The position numbers and the translations under genes are program-made. Positions 10,151-18,778 of a stretch of 26,670 bases of DNA are shown here, piece after piece. This DNA is from a candidate division FCPU426 bacterium (GTDB taxonomy: Bacteria; Oederibacteriota; JAJYGY01; DAIDJD01), in contig JAZKAF010000086.1 of the NCBI GenBank assembly GCA_040389285.1, forward strand, positions 1-26,670. Direction: 5' to 3'. Position 1 is the stretch's first letter, and every line of letters starts with the position of its first letter. The notes beneath the pieces are model-generated. The model saw nothing but the letters and a program-made list of their open reading frames with translations, searched no databases and was not told the DNA's origin.

Positions 10151-12082
10151 TTGCGCCTTTGGTTGAAACTATGGTTTGCCTTGTGCTTGCCGTGCCAAGC
10201 CTATGCGGTCTGCACCGTGACCAGCGGCACCCTGTTGCTGGCCGCGGATGACACCGCCACCGTCTATTTGAACGGGGTCAGCATCACCAGCTGCAGTTAT
10301 TGCTGGAAAGGTCCTTCGCCCGCCCAATACCTGACCTACACCCTGAAAGCCGCGGACATCGCCTCGCTGAACGCCTCGGGCACGGGCGACAACATCATCG
10401 CCTTCTACAACACGGATCTGGGCGGGGTCTCTTCCGGGTCTTCCTGGGTCATGACCCTCAATTTTTCCGGCTGCGCCACCCAGTACGTGCAGTCGAACGG
10501 TTTTTGCACCACCACGAAGTACGCGGGCAACGCGGACAGCGGCTCCCCGCCCGTCACTTATCCAGCTGGCTGGGCGACTTATGCCTACAACGACAGCGCC
10601 TGGTCCGGGGTCTATAGCGCCGCCAATCCAGGCCTCTACAGCTGGATGACCTTCACCACGCCCTCCAACGTCAACTGGCTCTGGGGGACTTCCAGTTTCG
10701 CGGTCGTGACCAAGGGGGACGGATACCTTTTTCGCCAGAAATTCCGATTGGGCGATCCCTCGTATTGCCCGTTCACGCCACTGCCGACCCCCACCGCGGT
10801 GGGGCCGGCTCCTTCGCCAACCAGGACCTTCACGGCTTCGGCCGCGACCGCCACGCCGAGTAGGACGCGAAGTCCCACCGCGACGCCCAATTCCAGCCCC
10901 ACGAACACCCCCACACGCAGCCCGACGCCCAGCTGGACACCCACTTTGAGCGCCACCCAAACCTTTAGCCCCACGCCCAGCACGTCGCCGACGCGCTCGA
11001 TCACACCTTCCGCCAGCCCTACGCAGAGCTTCAGCAATTCGCCCACGCCCTCGTTCACGCCAACGCAGAGCTTCACCTTCACGGCCTCGCCCACGCCCAG
11101 CTCCACCGCCACGCCAACGCCGACTTACACCATGTCCCCGACCTTTTCGAACTCGCCGACGCCTACAGGGACTCAGACAGCCACGCCGACCTATACCCCG
11201 AGCCCAACGAACACGCCTTCCCCGACCTTTTCCGACTCGCCAACGCAAAGCTTCACCTTCACCGGCACGAAGACCTTCAGCGGCACCACGACCTTCAGCA
11301 ATTCGCCGACCGTGACACCCAGCAATACGCCGACGGCCACCTATTCCGGGACCGTGACCTTCACAAATTCCCCGACCGTGACGCCCAGCAACACGCCCAC
11401 GACCACTTATTCTGGGACCGCGACCTTCAGCCATTCGCCAACCCGCAGCCTGACCAACACGGAAAGCGCTAGCTACACGCCAACCCAAAGCTTCACCGAG
11501 ACGCCGACGGTGCCGGGTACGGCCACGGACTCGCCCACGCCGACCGAATCGGATACCTATACCGGCACCAAGACCTTCACGGACGCGCCGACGCTTACCG
11601 ACAGTCCCACAGATTCGCCCAGCTTCACGGAATCCGCCACGGCCACAGACTCTCCCACGGAAACCTTGACCAAGACGCCCAGTCCCACCAGGACCGCGAC
11701 GAAGGCCCCGACCGCCACCAGGACCATTACCCTGACCCGGACCGTGACTCGGACCTTCAGCGTGAGTCCCACCATGACGGACAAGACGCTGGTCTTCGAC
11801 ATCAAGGCCTTTTATCCCAACCCCTTTGACGATCATGGGGTCCTTTACTACACCCTAGGGCATGCCGCGGAGGTGGAATTGACCATCTACAATGTGGCTG
11901 GGGAACCCATCTGGCGTTACCGGGAGACCGGGCGCCAGGGTAATAACACTATTTTATGGAAGGGCTTGAATGAATGGGCAGGACGGGTGGCGAGTGGTAT
12001 CTATGTCATTCGGCTACAGGCCGTGGCTAGCGTTGGGGACCCGGGCCTGACCAAGTGGACCACGGTCTGCGTGGCGCGCTGA
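10151..12082 (+). CDS. secreted multidomain protein: signal peptide, ~190-aa N-terminal domain (possibly PA14/lectin-like), ~320-aa Pro/Thr/Ser-rich tandem-repeat linker, T9SS-type C-terminal sorting domain
   Basis: TTG start preceded by GAGG. The signal peptide is MRLWLKLWFALCLPCQAYA. The C-terminus (FYPNPFDD...VELTIYNVAGEPIW...ILWKGLNEWAGRVASGIYVIRLQA) fits the Por_Secre_tail / FlgD-Ig-like CTD pattern. The central region is low-complexity SPTPT/TFT repeats. Confidence 0.8.
   Translation: MRLWLKLWFALCLPCQAYAVCTVTSGTLLLAADDTATVYLNGVSITSCSYCWKGPSPAQYLTYTLKAADIASLNASGTGDNIIAFYNTDLGGVSSGSSWVMTLNFSGCATQYVQSNGFCTTTKYAGNADSGSPPVTYPAGWATYAYNDSAWSGVYSAANPGLYSWMTFTTPSNVNWLWGTSSFAVVTKGDGYLFRQKFRLGDPSYCPFTPLPTPTAVGPAPSPTRTFTASAATATPSRTRSPTATPNSSPTNTPTRSPTPSWTPTLSATQTFSPTPSTSPTRSITPSASPTQSFSNSPTPSFTPTQSFTFTASPTPSSTATPTPTYTMSPTFSNSPTPTGTQTATPTYTPSPTNTPSPTFSDSPTQSFTFTGTKTFSGTTTFSNSPTVTPSNTPTATYSGTVTFTNSPTVTPSNTPTTTYSGTATFSHSPTRSLTNTESASYTPTQSFTETPTVPGTATDSPTPTESDTYTGTKTFTDAPTLTDSPTDSPSFTESATATDSPTETLTKTPSPTRTATKAPTATRTITLTRTVTRTFSVSPTMTDKTLVFDIKAFYPNPFDDHGVLYYTLGHAAEVELTIYNVAGEPIWRYRETGRQGNNTILWKGLNEWAGRVASGIYVIRLQAVASVGDPGLTKWTTVCVAR
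11291..11440 (+). repeat. in-frame tandem repeat (~63 nt / 21 aa unit, ~2.4 copies) inside the PT-rich linker; part of a larger low-complexity region spanning ~10790-11790
   Basis: TFSNSPTVTPSNTPTATYSGT, then TFTNSPTVTPSNTPTTTYSGT, then TFSHSPT. Near-identical at the DNA level. Confidence 0.8.
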
Positions 12083-12089
12083 CCTAGGG

Positions 12090-13037
12090 TCAGAAACGCG
12101 CCTGAAGCAGGGTGAGGCGCGAGCTATCCTGGCTGATCATGGGCAAGGGCAGCCCGGCAGATAACTTTCCGTCTTCTAAATTCAAAAGCGATACCATCGG
12201 CTTGGGGCCGGGGTCCATGGCTAGGGCGATGATCGCGCCGACGCCGCCAAGGACAAAGAAGGTGATCCCCGCGGCCATCATGCCTTGTCCATCCGTATGC
12301 TGGCCGTAGCTGGCTTCGGACCAATAGGATCCCTCGCTGTATTTATTGTAATTCACGCCATCCCTGACGCCAGCGCTGGAATAGCTCTTAGCCCCATCCT
12401 CGATCAGCAGGCCGCTCACACTGAATATCAGGCCCAGTCCAAGGATCACTCCGCTGGTGATACCCACCACAGCTTGGCCGTCCCTACGTCCCTGCCACGA
12501 TTTCAAAGCGTCTTCGGAATTGGCGCGTTGCACGGCGCCGGCCGTGACCGCGGCCTTGGCCCGCTGTTCTTGCTGGGCTTCCAAGGCTCCTAAGCGGGCC
12601 AGGACCTTGTTGCGGTCCTCGGCCTCGGGATTGGAGGATAGGTAAAGGTTGAAGCTGTCCATGGCGCCCTTCGGATCCCCGGCCTTTTCCTGCACTAACC
12701 CTAAGTTGTAGTAAAGTTCCGGGATCCAGGGAGCGAGTAAGCTGGCCTTTTGATAGGCATCCACCGCGGGCAGGTATCCGGCAGGGCTGTCCGCGTTCTT
12801 GATCATGTAGGCGGCCTTGCCTTGGAGGATGGCGACCTGCTCAGGGGTCTCGGGCAAGGACTTCAAGCTTCCGGCCAGCTGAAGGATCTTCTTACGAAGT
12901 CCCATGTTCCCGGGATCTGACTGAAGGTCGCTGACGGCCTTTTCAAAATCCTCTTTTGTGCCGGCCTGGAGGGAGGGCCTGGCCGGGGCCAGCATGACAA
13001 GGCAAGCCAGGATCATTCGAAGGATTTTCGATTTCAT
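12090..13037 (-). CDS. exported/membrane protein with TPR-like helical region and C-terminal TM segments (hypothetical)
   Basis: Signal peptide MKSKILRMILACLVMLAPA. TPR-like motifs (YYNLGLVQEKAGDPKGAMDSFNLYL). Hydrophobic C-terminal stretches. AAGGA lies 6 nt upstream of the ATG. Confidence 0.6.
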   Translation of the reverse strand: MKSKILRMILACLVMLAPARPSLQAGTKEDFEKAVSDLQSDPGNMGLRKKILQLAGSLKSLPETPEQVAILQGKAAYMIKNADSPAGYLPAVDAYQKASLLAPWIPELYYNLGLVQEKAGDPKGAMDSFNLYLSSNPEAEDRNKVLARLGALEAQQEQRAKAAVTAGAVQRANSEDALKSWQGRRDGQAVVGITSGVILGLGLIFSVSGLLIEDGAKSYSSAGVRDGVNYNKYSEGSYWSEASYGQHTDGQGMMAAGITFFVLGGVGAIIALAMDPGPKPMVSLLNLEDGKLSAGLPLPMISQDSSRLTLLQARF

Positions 13038-13059
13038 AAAGGTCCTTTAAAAGAAGAGG

Positions 13060-13911
13060 TCAGTCTTCTGGCTTCATAGTGAGGAGCTTGCTGTCGCAGG
13101 GGATGCGATAGTCGTTGAAAGCCGCGGCGCTGAAACAGAGGTTGCCGCAAACAAAAGGAAAACCCGCAGGACAGCAAACGATCCTGCCGGTGGACTCTTT
13201 GCCAAAGGTGCCATGGGTGGCTTTGGCGTGGGCTTTGGCTTTTTCCCAGTCCTCAAAGGTCTTGGCCGCCTGGGAATCCCCGGGAAGCGGATCCTTGTAC
13301 AAGGGATTGACCACAGGCTTCAGCTTCGGTGGATGGAAGGGCTTGCGGGTCGGCAGCTTCTTCAGCTCCATGGGTCCGTCCGCGACTGCGTCTTTGAGGT
13401 CCGGTTTCCCCTCCATTTCGGCCAGCATGTCAGACTTCTCCGCTTCGAATTTTTTCTTACGCTCCGCTTCCTGAGCCTTCGCCTGTCTCTCGCCTTCCTG
13501 CTGCTGGCGGATCTGCTCGGCCTGTCGGGCCGGATCGGTCTTGCTGCCTTGGAGCACGCCGGCGACACCGACACCCATCAGTCCCAGGCCGATGGACTCG
13601 CCGCTTCCATGGACCAAGCCGAAGCTTATAGCGTCACCGCTGGACTTGAGTATCTCCGAAGTTCCCGACCCAAGGCCGGAATCAGCCCCAAGGGTCGAGC
13701 TTCCATCTTCATAACAGTCGATGTATTCACGGCGGATGCCGCGGTAGTACTCGACCTGCTTCCGGCAGTCCTCTACTTTTTCGTAGGGGCCGATCAGGGA
13801 GTTCCCGCCCAGCTTCTGCTCGCAATCCGGGCACTTGGAATACCAACCCGCGGACAGCGTCGAGGCTGTGAGGAGCAAAACCAAGGAGTAAAAAACTTTC
13901 TTCGGCGTCAT
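13060..13911 (-). CDS. secreted Cys-rich / Gly-rich / coiled-coil hypothetical protein
   Basis: Start chosen at MTPKK (13911), which gives a clean signal peptide (VFYSLVLLLTASTLSAG). The track ORF extends to a TTG at 13953. Cys clusters at both ends, a central Gly-rich segment and a charged helical segment. Only 22 nt upstream of the TPR gene, so probably one operon. Confidence 0.55.
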   Translation of the reverse strand: MTPKKVFYSLVLLLTASTLSAGWYSKCPDCEQKLGGNSLIGPYEKVEDCRKQVEYYRGIRREYIDCYEDGSSTLGADSGLGSGTSEILKSSGDAISFGLVHGSGESIGLGLMGVGVAGVLQGSKTDPARQAEQIRQQQEGERQAKAQEAERKKKFEAEKSDMLAEMEGKPDLKDAVADGPMELKKLPTRKPFHPPKLKPVVNPLYKDPLPGDSQAAKTFEDWEKAKAHAKATHGTFGKESTGRIVCCPAGFPFVCGNLCFSAAAFNDYRIPCDSKLLTMKPED

Positions 13912-14008
13912 GATATTTAGATTATATCGGTTTGATATAGGGGTGCGCTGCAAAAAAAATCGGGGTTCTTTCTATGAATTATTTAGCCTTATGACGATCC
14001 CATGGTCG

Positions 14009-15169
14009 TCAATGCCGGGGTAGCGGTTTTTCCGGCCTGATTCCCATAAGGAAGTGCTGGACGTCAAAGCAAGGCACCCCTTCGATCTTGTTAGGTAATG
14101 GGCCTGGAGCAAGCAACGCGACTTGGGCTTCGGGATAATCCCGCTGGAATGCCTTCAGGCCCGCCATATCCGCCGACTGAACTTTCCCTTTAGACTTTAC
14201 CTCGAATGCGTAAAGCCCAGCCTCACCAAATACCACAAAATCCACTTCCAGCCCGGCCCGAGTCCTCCAATAAAACAGCTCGTTTTTTCCCGGGGCAAAA
14301 GAAAGCCAAGCCCTTAGATGCTGTCCGACCAATCCCTCCAAGGCTCCCCCGCCAATTTCACGCCCGGAATCGAGAGGATTCCGTGGCCGGATGGCCTGGA
14401 AAACGCCGGCGTCAAAAAAGTAGAACTTCGGATGGGAGGCCAGAAGTCGTTTGGCCCTTTTCTCGAAAACATTGAGACGGTAGGCCAACATCATGTCTTC
14501 CAGCACATCCAAATAGCCCTCAACGCTCTTACGCGTTACGGAGCACTCGCGGGATAGATCGGTGAGGTTCAAATGGCCACCATGGCTCAATGACACCGCA
14601 TCCAGGAACCGGGAAAACGCCCCCAGGTCCCGGACGGACGCCTCCTCCCGAACCTCCTGTTGGATATAAAGGGACGCGTAGGAACGCAGGGTCTTCTCAG
14701 GCGACTTGGAAGCCAAGGCAAGCGGCAGCATGCCAGTGAGCACCGCAGTGGCCAGGTCAAAACGGGGGCCCAGTTCAGCCGCGAGATAGGGATGAAACTG
14801 CCGCCAGAGCAGGCGGCCGCCCAGCAAATTCACCCCCGCCCTTCTCAGTTTCCGCGCGCTGGATCCGGTAAGGATAAACTGCTTCCCTCGGCCCGACCCC
14901 TCCACAGACTGGTGCACCACATCCAAAAGCACCGGCGCCTTCTGGACTTCATCGATGATTATCGGCTGACCCACAGGCGCTTTGGCGATCTCATCCTTCA
15001 GGCGTTCCGGCCTGGAACTCAATTCCCTGAACAGTACAGGGTCCAGCAGATCCAGATACAGGGCCTTCGGGTAGGCGTGCCGAAGCCAGGTCGATTTCCC
15101 CGACCCTCGAGGGCCGAATAGGAAGTGGCTTTGATCCAGCTTTGGGATGAGACGTGTGAGGTAATTCAT
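14009..15169 (-). CDS. AAA+ ATPase, AAA_14 + DUF4143 architecture (COG1373-type)
   Basis: Walker A (GPRGSGKST) and Walker B (IIIDEV) motifs. The C-terminal region (WRTRAGLEVDFVV...AFEVKS) is typical of DUF4143. Confidence 0.85.
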   Translation of the reverse strand: MNYLTRLIPKLDQSHFLFGPRGSGKSTWLRHAYPKALYLDLLDPVLFRELSSRPERLKDEIAKAPVGQPIIIDEVQKAPVLLDVVHQSVEGSGRGKQFILTGSSARKLRRAGVNLLGGRLLWRQFHPYLAAELGPRFDLATAVLTGMLPLALASKSPEKTLRSYASLYIQQEVREEASVRDLGAFSRFLDAVSLSHGGHLNLTDLSRECSVTRKSVEGYLDVLEDMMLAYRLNVFEKRAKRLLASHPKFYFFDAGVFQAIRPRNPLDSGREIGGGALEGLVGQHLRAWLSFAPGKNELFYWRTRAGLEVDFVVFGEAGLYAFEVKSKGKVQSADMAGLKAFQRDYPEAQVALLAPGPLPNKIEGVPCFDVQHFLMGIRPEKPLPRH

Positions 15170-15173
15170 GGTG

Positions 15174-15206
15174 TTGCAATTTTAACCTAATAGGTTAAAT
15201 CTGCAA
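15174..15206. promoter_or_regulatory. promoter/operator of the AAA-DUF4143 gene: TTGCAG-N16-TAAAAT with a perfect 19-bp palindrome TTTAACCTA-a-TAGGTTAAA (15181-15199) in the spacer, flanked by TTGCA/TGCAA
   Basis: Read directly from the sequence. The palindrome ends 11 nt upstream of the ATG at 15169. The -10-like TAAAAT lies in the right arm. Confidence 0.5.
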
Positions 15207-15272
15207 CAACGAAGTGCCAGTAACGGTTGGAATTGGATGCATAGCCAAAATCCTATCAATGCCTATGCTTTG

Positions 15273-15743
15273 CTACCAAAGATCCCGACCCGCTGCTGGG
15301 TCATAGCCTGGGAAAGCGGTTTTAGCGCGTCGGAGGGTCCATGCCTTGACCAAAAAGATGGCCCCGGATCCTATAAGATATACCAGCCCCAATCCCGCCA
15401 GTTGGGTCGCAGCGCCTGCCTGACGACCTTGAAGAACTCGGACGGTCAGACCCATCCCCCCGAAAACCGCCGCATAACCGCCATAGATCACAAAGCGGTG
15501 AACCCAGCGCATGAGCTTGAAAGCCAGGATGCCCCATGCGGCCAGGGAAAGGGCTGCGGAAGCGGCCAAAAAGAACGATGGCCAAAAGGGAGCTTGGGAC
15601 GAAGGCAACAACGCCGCGGCCACCGCTGACGCCATCCCGGCCGCCACGCTCATCACCAGGGCCCACCGAAGGGACCAAGTGAAGCCTAGGCAAGCAGCGC
15701 ACTGAAGCAAGCAACCCAACACCGCAAGCAGTATTACGTACAT
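15273..15743 (-). CDS. hypothetical integral membrane protein (about 4 TM helices)
   Basis: Hydrophobic helices throughout. ATG at 15743 with GAGGAA 6 nt upstream. The overlapping alternative-frame ORF 15322..15795 is Arg/Gly-rich and judged spurious. Confidence 0.55.
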   Translation of the reverse strand: MYVILLAVLGCLLQCAACLGFTWSLRWALVMSVAAGMASAVAAALLPSSQAPFWPSFFLAASAALSLAAWGILAFKLMRWVHRFVIYGGYAAVFGGMGLTVRVLQGRQAGAATQLAGLGLVYLIGSGAIFLVKAWTLRRAKTAFPGYDPAAGRDLW

Positions 15744-15885
15744 CACGAGTTCCTCGAAATAATGACCTTAGACACTCTGTAAAAAGATGGGCCATTTTAA
15801 ATCGGGTTTCTTATGGAAAAGCTTCCATATATTCCTAACCCCAGCCTAACTATCACGTTGGTCCAATTGCCAAGGGCTGTTCGGC

Positions 15886-16128
15886 TCAATGAATAATGTG
15901 ACTTTCCCCACCAAAAGCAATCGCAATCAAAATAAACACGGGAACAAATACAAAAATCGCCGCTCCCATATAACCAATTATGCCAACAGCTGTCAGACCT
16001 GTCACAAGAAGATAAAAAGCCATCAATGCGAAAATCACCAACGGCTTCCTTACCATCTTTAGAAATAAGGCCGTCCCACGTTTTCGTTTTTCCACATAGT
16101 GTTTCTGCCCGTTCGGAACAATTTTCAC
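15886..16128 (-). CDS. small 2-TM membrane protein (80 aa, hypothetical)
   Basis: GTG start with GGAGA 5 nt upstream, 14 nt after the stop of the upstream gene. Strongly hydrophobic (VIFALMAFYLLVTGLTAVGIIGYMGAAIFVFVPVFILIAIAF). Preferred over the overlapping 122-aa ORF 15797..16165. Confidence 0.5.
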   Translation of the reverse strand: MKIVPNGQKHYVEKRKRGTALFLKMVRKPLVIFALMAFYLLVTGLTAVGIIGYMGAAIFVFVPVFILIAIAFGGESHIIH

Positions 16129-16142
16129 TCATGTCTCCAGGG

Positions 16143-16514
16143 TCAAAGAGCCGATATTCTTTCAAATTCTGAATCCTTCGTTACATCAACGCCGATCAGC
16201 TTATTTCCGCTAACGATGTATTCGAAGCAATTCACACAGCCGAAGTAAATGTTTCCATCTCTTCCACATTCGTATTTGTCGGAATGTGAATAAGAAACAG
16301 TACGGCCATCTGCTTTCAGGTAGCTCGTGATCAACTGGCCATTCGCAAATTTGATAGTGGCTGGATCGCCTTTATAGCGACCCTTCCAATGGGGCCCATC
16401 CATGCAATGATGAAGCATAAATTCCGCTTGTTTTTGGTGATGTGACAACCAGAACAAGGTTCCCGCAAGAAATAGGAGTCCCGCAACCGATAGAGTAATT
16501 AATAAGGCCTTCAT
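16143..16514 (-). CDS. small exported/membrane-anchored hypothetical protein (123 aa)
   Basis: N-terminal signal/anchor MKALLITLSVAGLLFLAGTLFWL, then a ~95-aa Cys-containing soluble domain. AT-rich codon usage. No clear Shine-Dalgarno. Confidence 0.5.
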   Translation of the reverse strand: MKALLITLSVAGLLFLAGTLFWLSHHQKQAEFMLHHCMDGPHWKGRYKGDPATIKFANGQLITSYLKADGRTVSYSHSDKYECGRDGNIYFGCVNCFEYIVSGNKLIGVDVTKDSEFERISAL

Positions 16515-16543
16515 GAAAAATACTTCAAATTCGTGTTCATAAT

Positions 16544-16966
16544 TTATTTTGACTCATTGGCGATTGGGAAAATGGCCCTTCGAAAACCATCCTCATAAAT
16601 TTCAATCGTTCCCTGTTCCCTACATTCGATGACGACGAGCTTCATATTTTTTTCAGACCGAAAATATATATCCATTTTGGCGGCACTTAGTTTTCCATCT
16701 TGAAAATAGCTAACATCGAATGTCGCTCCCTCTCCCATTGGCTTTAACTTTTTCTTTTCGACGCCACCGTTGGATATATTGCCGAAACTTTCTAAGCCAT
16801 CCTCAAGGACCAAACTTACTTTTGTAATATCTTTTCCCGATTTATTTCTAACTTCAACGGTCACTCCGGATCCCCAATTTAAGATTTCCCAGAGGGAAAA
16901 TAGCATCAGGATGCAAATTCCAATGGTTATGAAAAATGTTTTAATTACTCTTACTGCTACGTTCAC
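16544..16966 (-). CDS. small membrane-anchored hypothetical protein (140 aa)
   Basis: GTG start with GGAGG 5 nt upstream. N-terminal TM (FFITIGICILMLFSLW), then a ~110-aa soluble domain. Confidence 0.55.
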   Translation of the reverse strand: MNVAVRVIKTFFITIGICILMLFSLWEILNWGSGVTVEVRNKSGKDITKVSLVLEDGLESFGNISNGGVEKKKLKPMGEGATFDVSYFQDGKLSAAKMDIYFRSEKNMKLVVIECREQGTIEIYEDGFRRAIFPIANESK

Positions 16967-17185
16967 GTCACCTCCGCTTTCGGCCCGACCGACTTCGCGA
17001 CATCAATCAGATCTCCTCCAGGGCCGTAATTTGATTTCTCTAGATGATAAATGAAATTGAAAAATATGTCGCTGAAGGCCCTTGTGGCGCAGTGCTATTT
17101 CTTAAATTGTTTCAACCTGCGATATTTATGAGGCAGTGTTATAAGGAGGAAGAGAAATAACGGGGGACTTTTTAGGGCATCCAAA

Positions 17186-17221
17186 GCATCGTGGTGAGGA
17201 CGGATGGGGTCGGGGTGGGTG
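17186..17221. repeat. G-rich intergenic repeat, copy 1 (GCATCGTGGTGAGGACGGATGGGGTCGGGGTGGGTG), starting right after the stop of the 113-aa gene
   Basis: About 84% identical to the copy at 17591-17622. A GC-rich block inside an AT-rich island. Four G-tracts. Confidence 0.6.
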
Positions 17222-17233
17222 TTTTATCTTTTC

Positions 17234-17575
17234 CTAGTTGGGCGCAAAAAATCCAGATGGCAAAAAATAGATCATGACTATTGTTGCCAATGTTAAATAA
17301 AAAAAGATAAATCCAATTACATCTGACTTTACATCCTTGCGATAAAAATATGTTGAGATCTGAAAACATTGGACTAAAAAAAGAATTGAACCTAGAGGCA
17401 GACTGACCAGCCACATAAACAAGTAGTTGTAGCCCCAAAACATCGTTTGTGAGTCGCTATGTGAGCCAAATACCGCATACATCATTAAATACAGTGGTAG
17501 AGCAAAAATGAATGTAATTATGCTAAGAGTTCTGTTGGGGATAAATTCAGGGAATATCATTTTTTTTAAGGTCAT
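17234..17575 (-). CDS. small polytopic membrane protein (113 aa, 3-4 TM, hypothetical)
   Basis: ATG with AGGGAG 6 nt upstream. Hydrophobic helices. Aromatic-rich. Confidence 0.6.
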   Translation of the reverse strand: MTLKKMIFPEFIPNRTLSIITFIFALPLYLMMYAVFGSHSDSQTMFWGYNYLFMWLVSLPLGSILFLVQCFQISTYFYRKDVKSDVIGFIFFYLTLATIVMIYFLPSGFFAPN

Positions 17576-17590
17576 TTGATCTCCCTAACG

Positions 17591-17622
17591 GCATCGTGGC
17601 GCGAATGGGTGGGGTCTGGGTG
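17591..17622. repeat. G-rich intergenic repeat, copy 2 (GCATCGTGGCGCGAATGGGTGGGGTCTGGGTG), 13 nt after the stop of the 379-aa gene and just before the Shine-Dalgarno of the 113-aa gene
   Basis: Aligns with copy 1. Identical 9-nt head GCATCGTGG and identical GGGGTC...GGGTG tail. Confidence 0.6.
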
Positions 17623-17638
17623 TAAGCAAAGACTGTTA

Positions 17639-18778
17639 TTATTTCAGCGGAGCAATAACCTTTTCCCAAAGCTCCTTCTTCTTTCCACCCTCTTTTCTCA
17701 TAAAATCATCGACTTTCTGCTTTAGTTTGGGATCTTCTATTTCAAGGTAGCTCTTTTTAATTAATTCAGGATATTCGTCTGTGACATCGATCATAGAATT
17801 GCCGTTCCACCTGAAGATATTGGGCCAATATAGTTTCTTATAAATATAGGGTTCAAAACTTTGAATTTCAGTTATCGTGTGGTCATAAGAAGCTCGAATT
17901 TCCGAAACACGACCCATCGACTTGACCCGAAATTCACCATTCACAGTTCTCACAAAGTAAGTTTCAGAAAACCCTGCGCCTTGTCCACCAGCGGCCCTAA
18001 ATATAGCCACTTTCTTTTTCGTTCCATCAATAGGAAGTATCTTTGCGATCTCCATACACCCATTCTCTATCCAGTCCCCGCCAATAAGGAACGATTTTAG
18101 ATTTCCATTAATATTCCCAACAATCAAATTAGCCCAACAGTACCCGTTACCCATGAGGAATACATAATCCATTTCTCCATCGCCATTTAGGTCCGTAACT
18201 TCACGATGTTCATTCAAATATGGATCGTTCAGAAAAACTTCGACGGGCGAATCGGGGGAGTCCCGTTGGATCTTCGCTAGCAATACCATCGCATACTGAG
18301 ATCTTGCTTCGCGGTCATTGTCCAATGACGCACGTATTAGCGTTATCATCTCCCGATACGAAACAATTTTTTCGTCATTGTTTTTGGAAGAATCAATCCT
18401 ATCCCAGAGCACTTCTACCGCTTTTCCCATTGCTTCACCCATTTTCCGACTGATTTCAACGTCGCCAAAAATTGTAATGTCATAAGAATTTTCAGTCTTA
18501 CAAGCCTCTAAATATAGATGGGCCTTTTTCAAAATATCTTTCTCAGCGTCACCTTTAGTGAGATATTCTTGGCGTTTAATTTTAGAAATAGATTCTTCGT
18601 TTTGATTAATTTTATCTGACGAATCATTGGATAAAGAATCCGGCCAAAGATTCACACCTTGCGCCAGGCTAACGCCAATCATTAATACAAATAATACCGA
18701 ATGGATTTTCTTTACCAATTTTCCTCCATGTCCGGCATCATCCATCGCATCAATCGCATAATAGTTATTCGGTTTCAT
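17639..18778 (-). CDS. exported hypothetical protein (379 aa) with FG-GAP/EF-hand-like DxNGDGxxD motif
   Basis: Signal/anchor KKIHSVLFVLMIGVSLAQG. Motif TDLNGDGEMDYVFLMGNGY. Lys-rich C-terminus. Its ATG overlaps the stop of the upstream gene in an ATGA arrangement (translational coupling). Confidence 0.6.
   Translation of the reverse strand: MKPNNYYAIDAMDDAGHGGKLVKKIHSVLFVLMIGVSLAQGVNLWPDSLSNDSSDKINQNEESISKIKRQEYLTKGDAEKDILKKAHLYLEACKTENSYDITIFGDVEISRKMGEAMGKAVEVLWDRIDSSKNNDEKIVSYREMITLIRASLDNDREARSQYAMVLLAKIQRDSPDSPVEVFLNDPYLNEHREVTDLNGDGEMDYVFLMGNGYCWANLIVGNINGNLKSFLIGGDWIENGCMEIAKILPIDGTKKKVAIFRAAGGQGAGFSETYFVRTVNGEFRVKSMGRVSEIRASYDHTITEIQSFEPYIYKKLYWPNIFRWNGNSMIDVTDEYPELIKKSYLEIEDPKLKQKVDDFMRKEGGKKKELWEKVIAPLK

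Noticed and set aside
10169-11836. 555-aa minus-strand ORF opposite the PT-rich gene
   Set aside because: Gly/Arg-rich mirror translation of the Pro/Thr repeat DNA. It has no start context and lies entirely antisense to a well-supported secreted protein.
13985-14005. TCGGGGTTC near 13.99 kb resembling part of the tRNA-Val T-arm, as a possible att direct repeat
   Set aside because: The match is only about 9 nt and in the opposite orientation to the tRNA, so it cannot be an integrase-generated direct repeat.
15322-15795. 157-aa Arg/Gly-rich ORF in an alternative frame of the 15273..15743 membrane-protein gene
   Set aside because: Composition typical of an off-frame reading of GC-rich coding DNA. 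The in-frame membrane protein has a Shine-Dalgarno and consistent hydrophobic periodicity.
15797-16165. 122-aa Cys/Trp-rich ORF overlapping the 80-aa membrane-protein ORF
   Set aside because: TTG start without a Shine-Dalgarno, and a 23-nt overlap with the upstream gene. Odd composition. The alternative 80-aa frame has a GGAGA-GTG start and clean TM helices.
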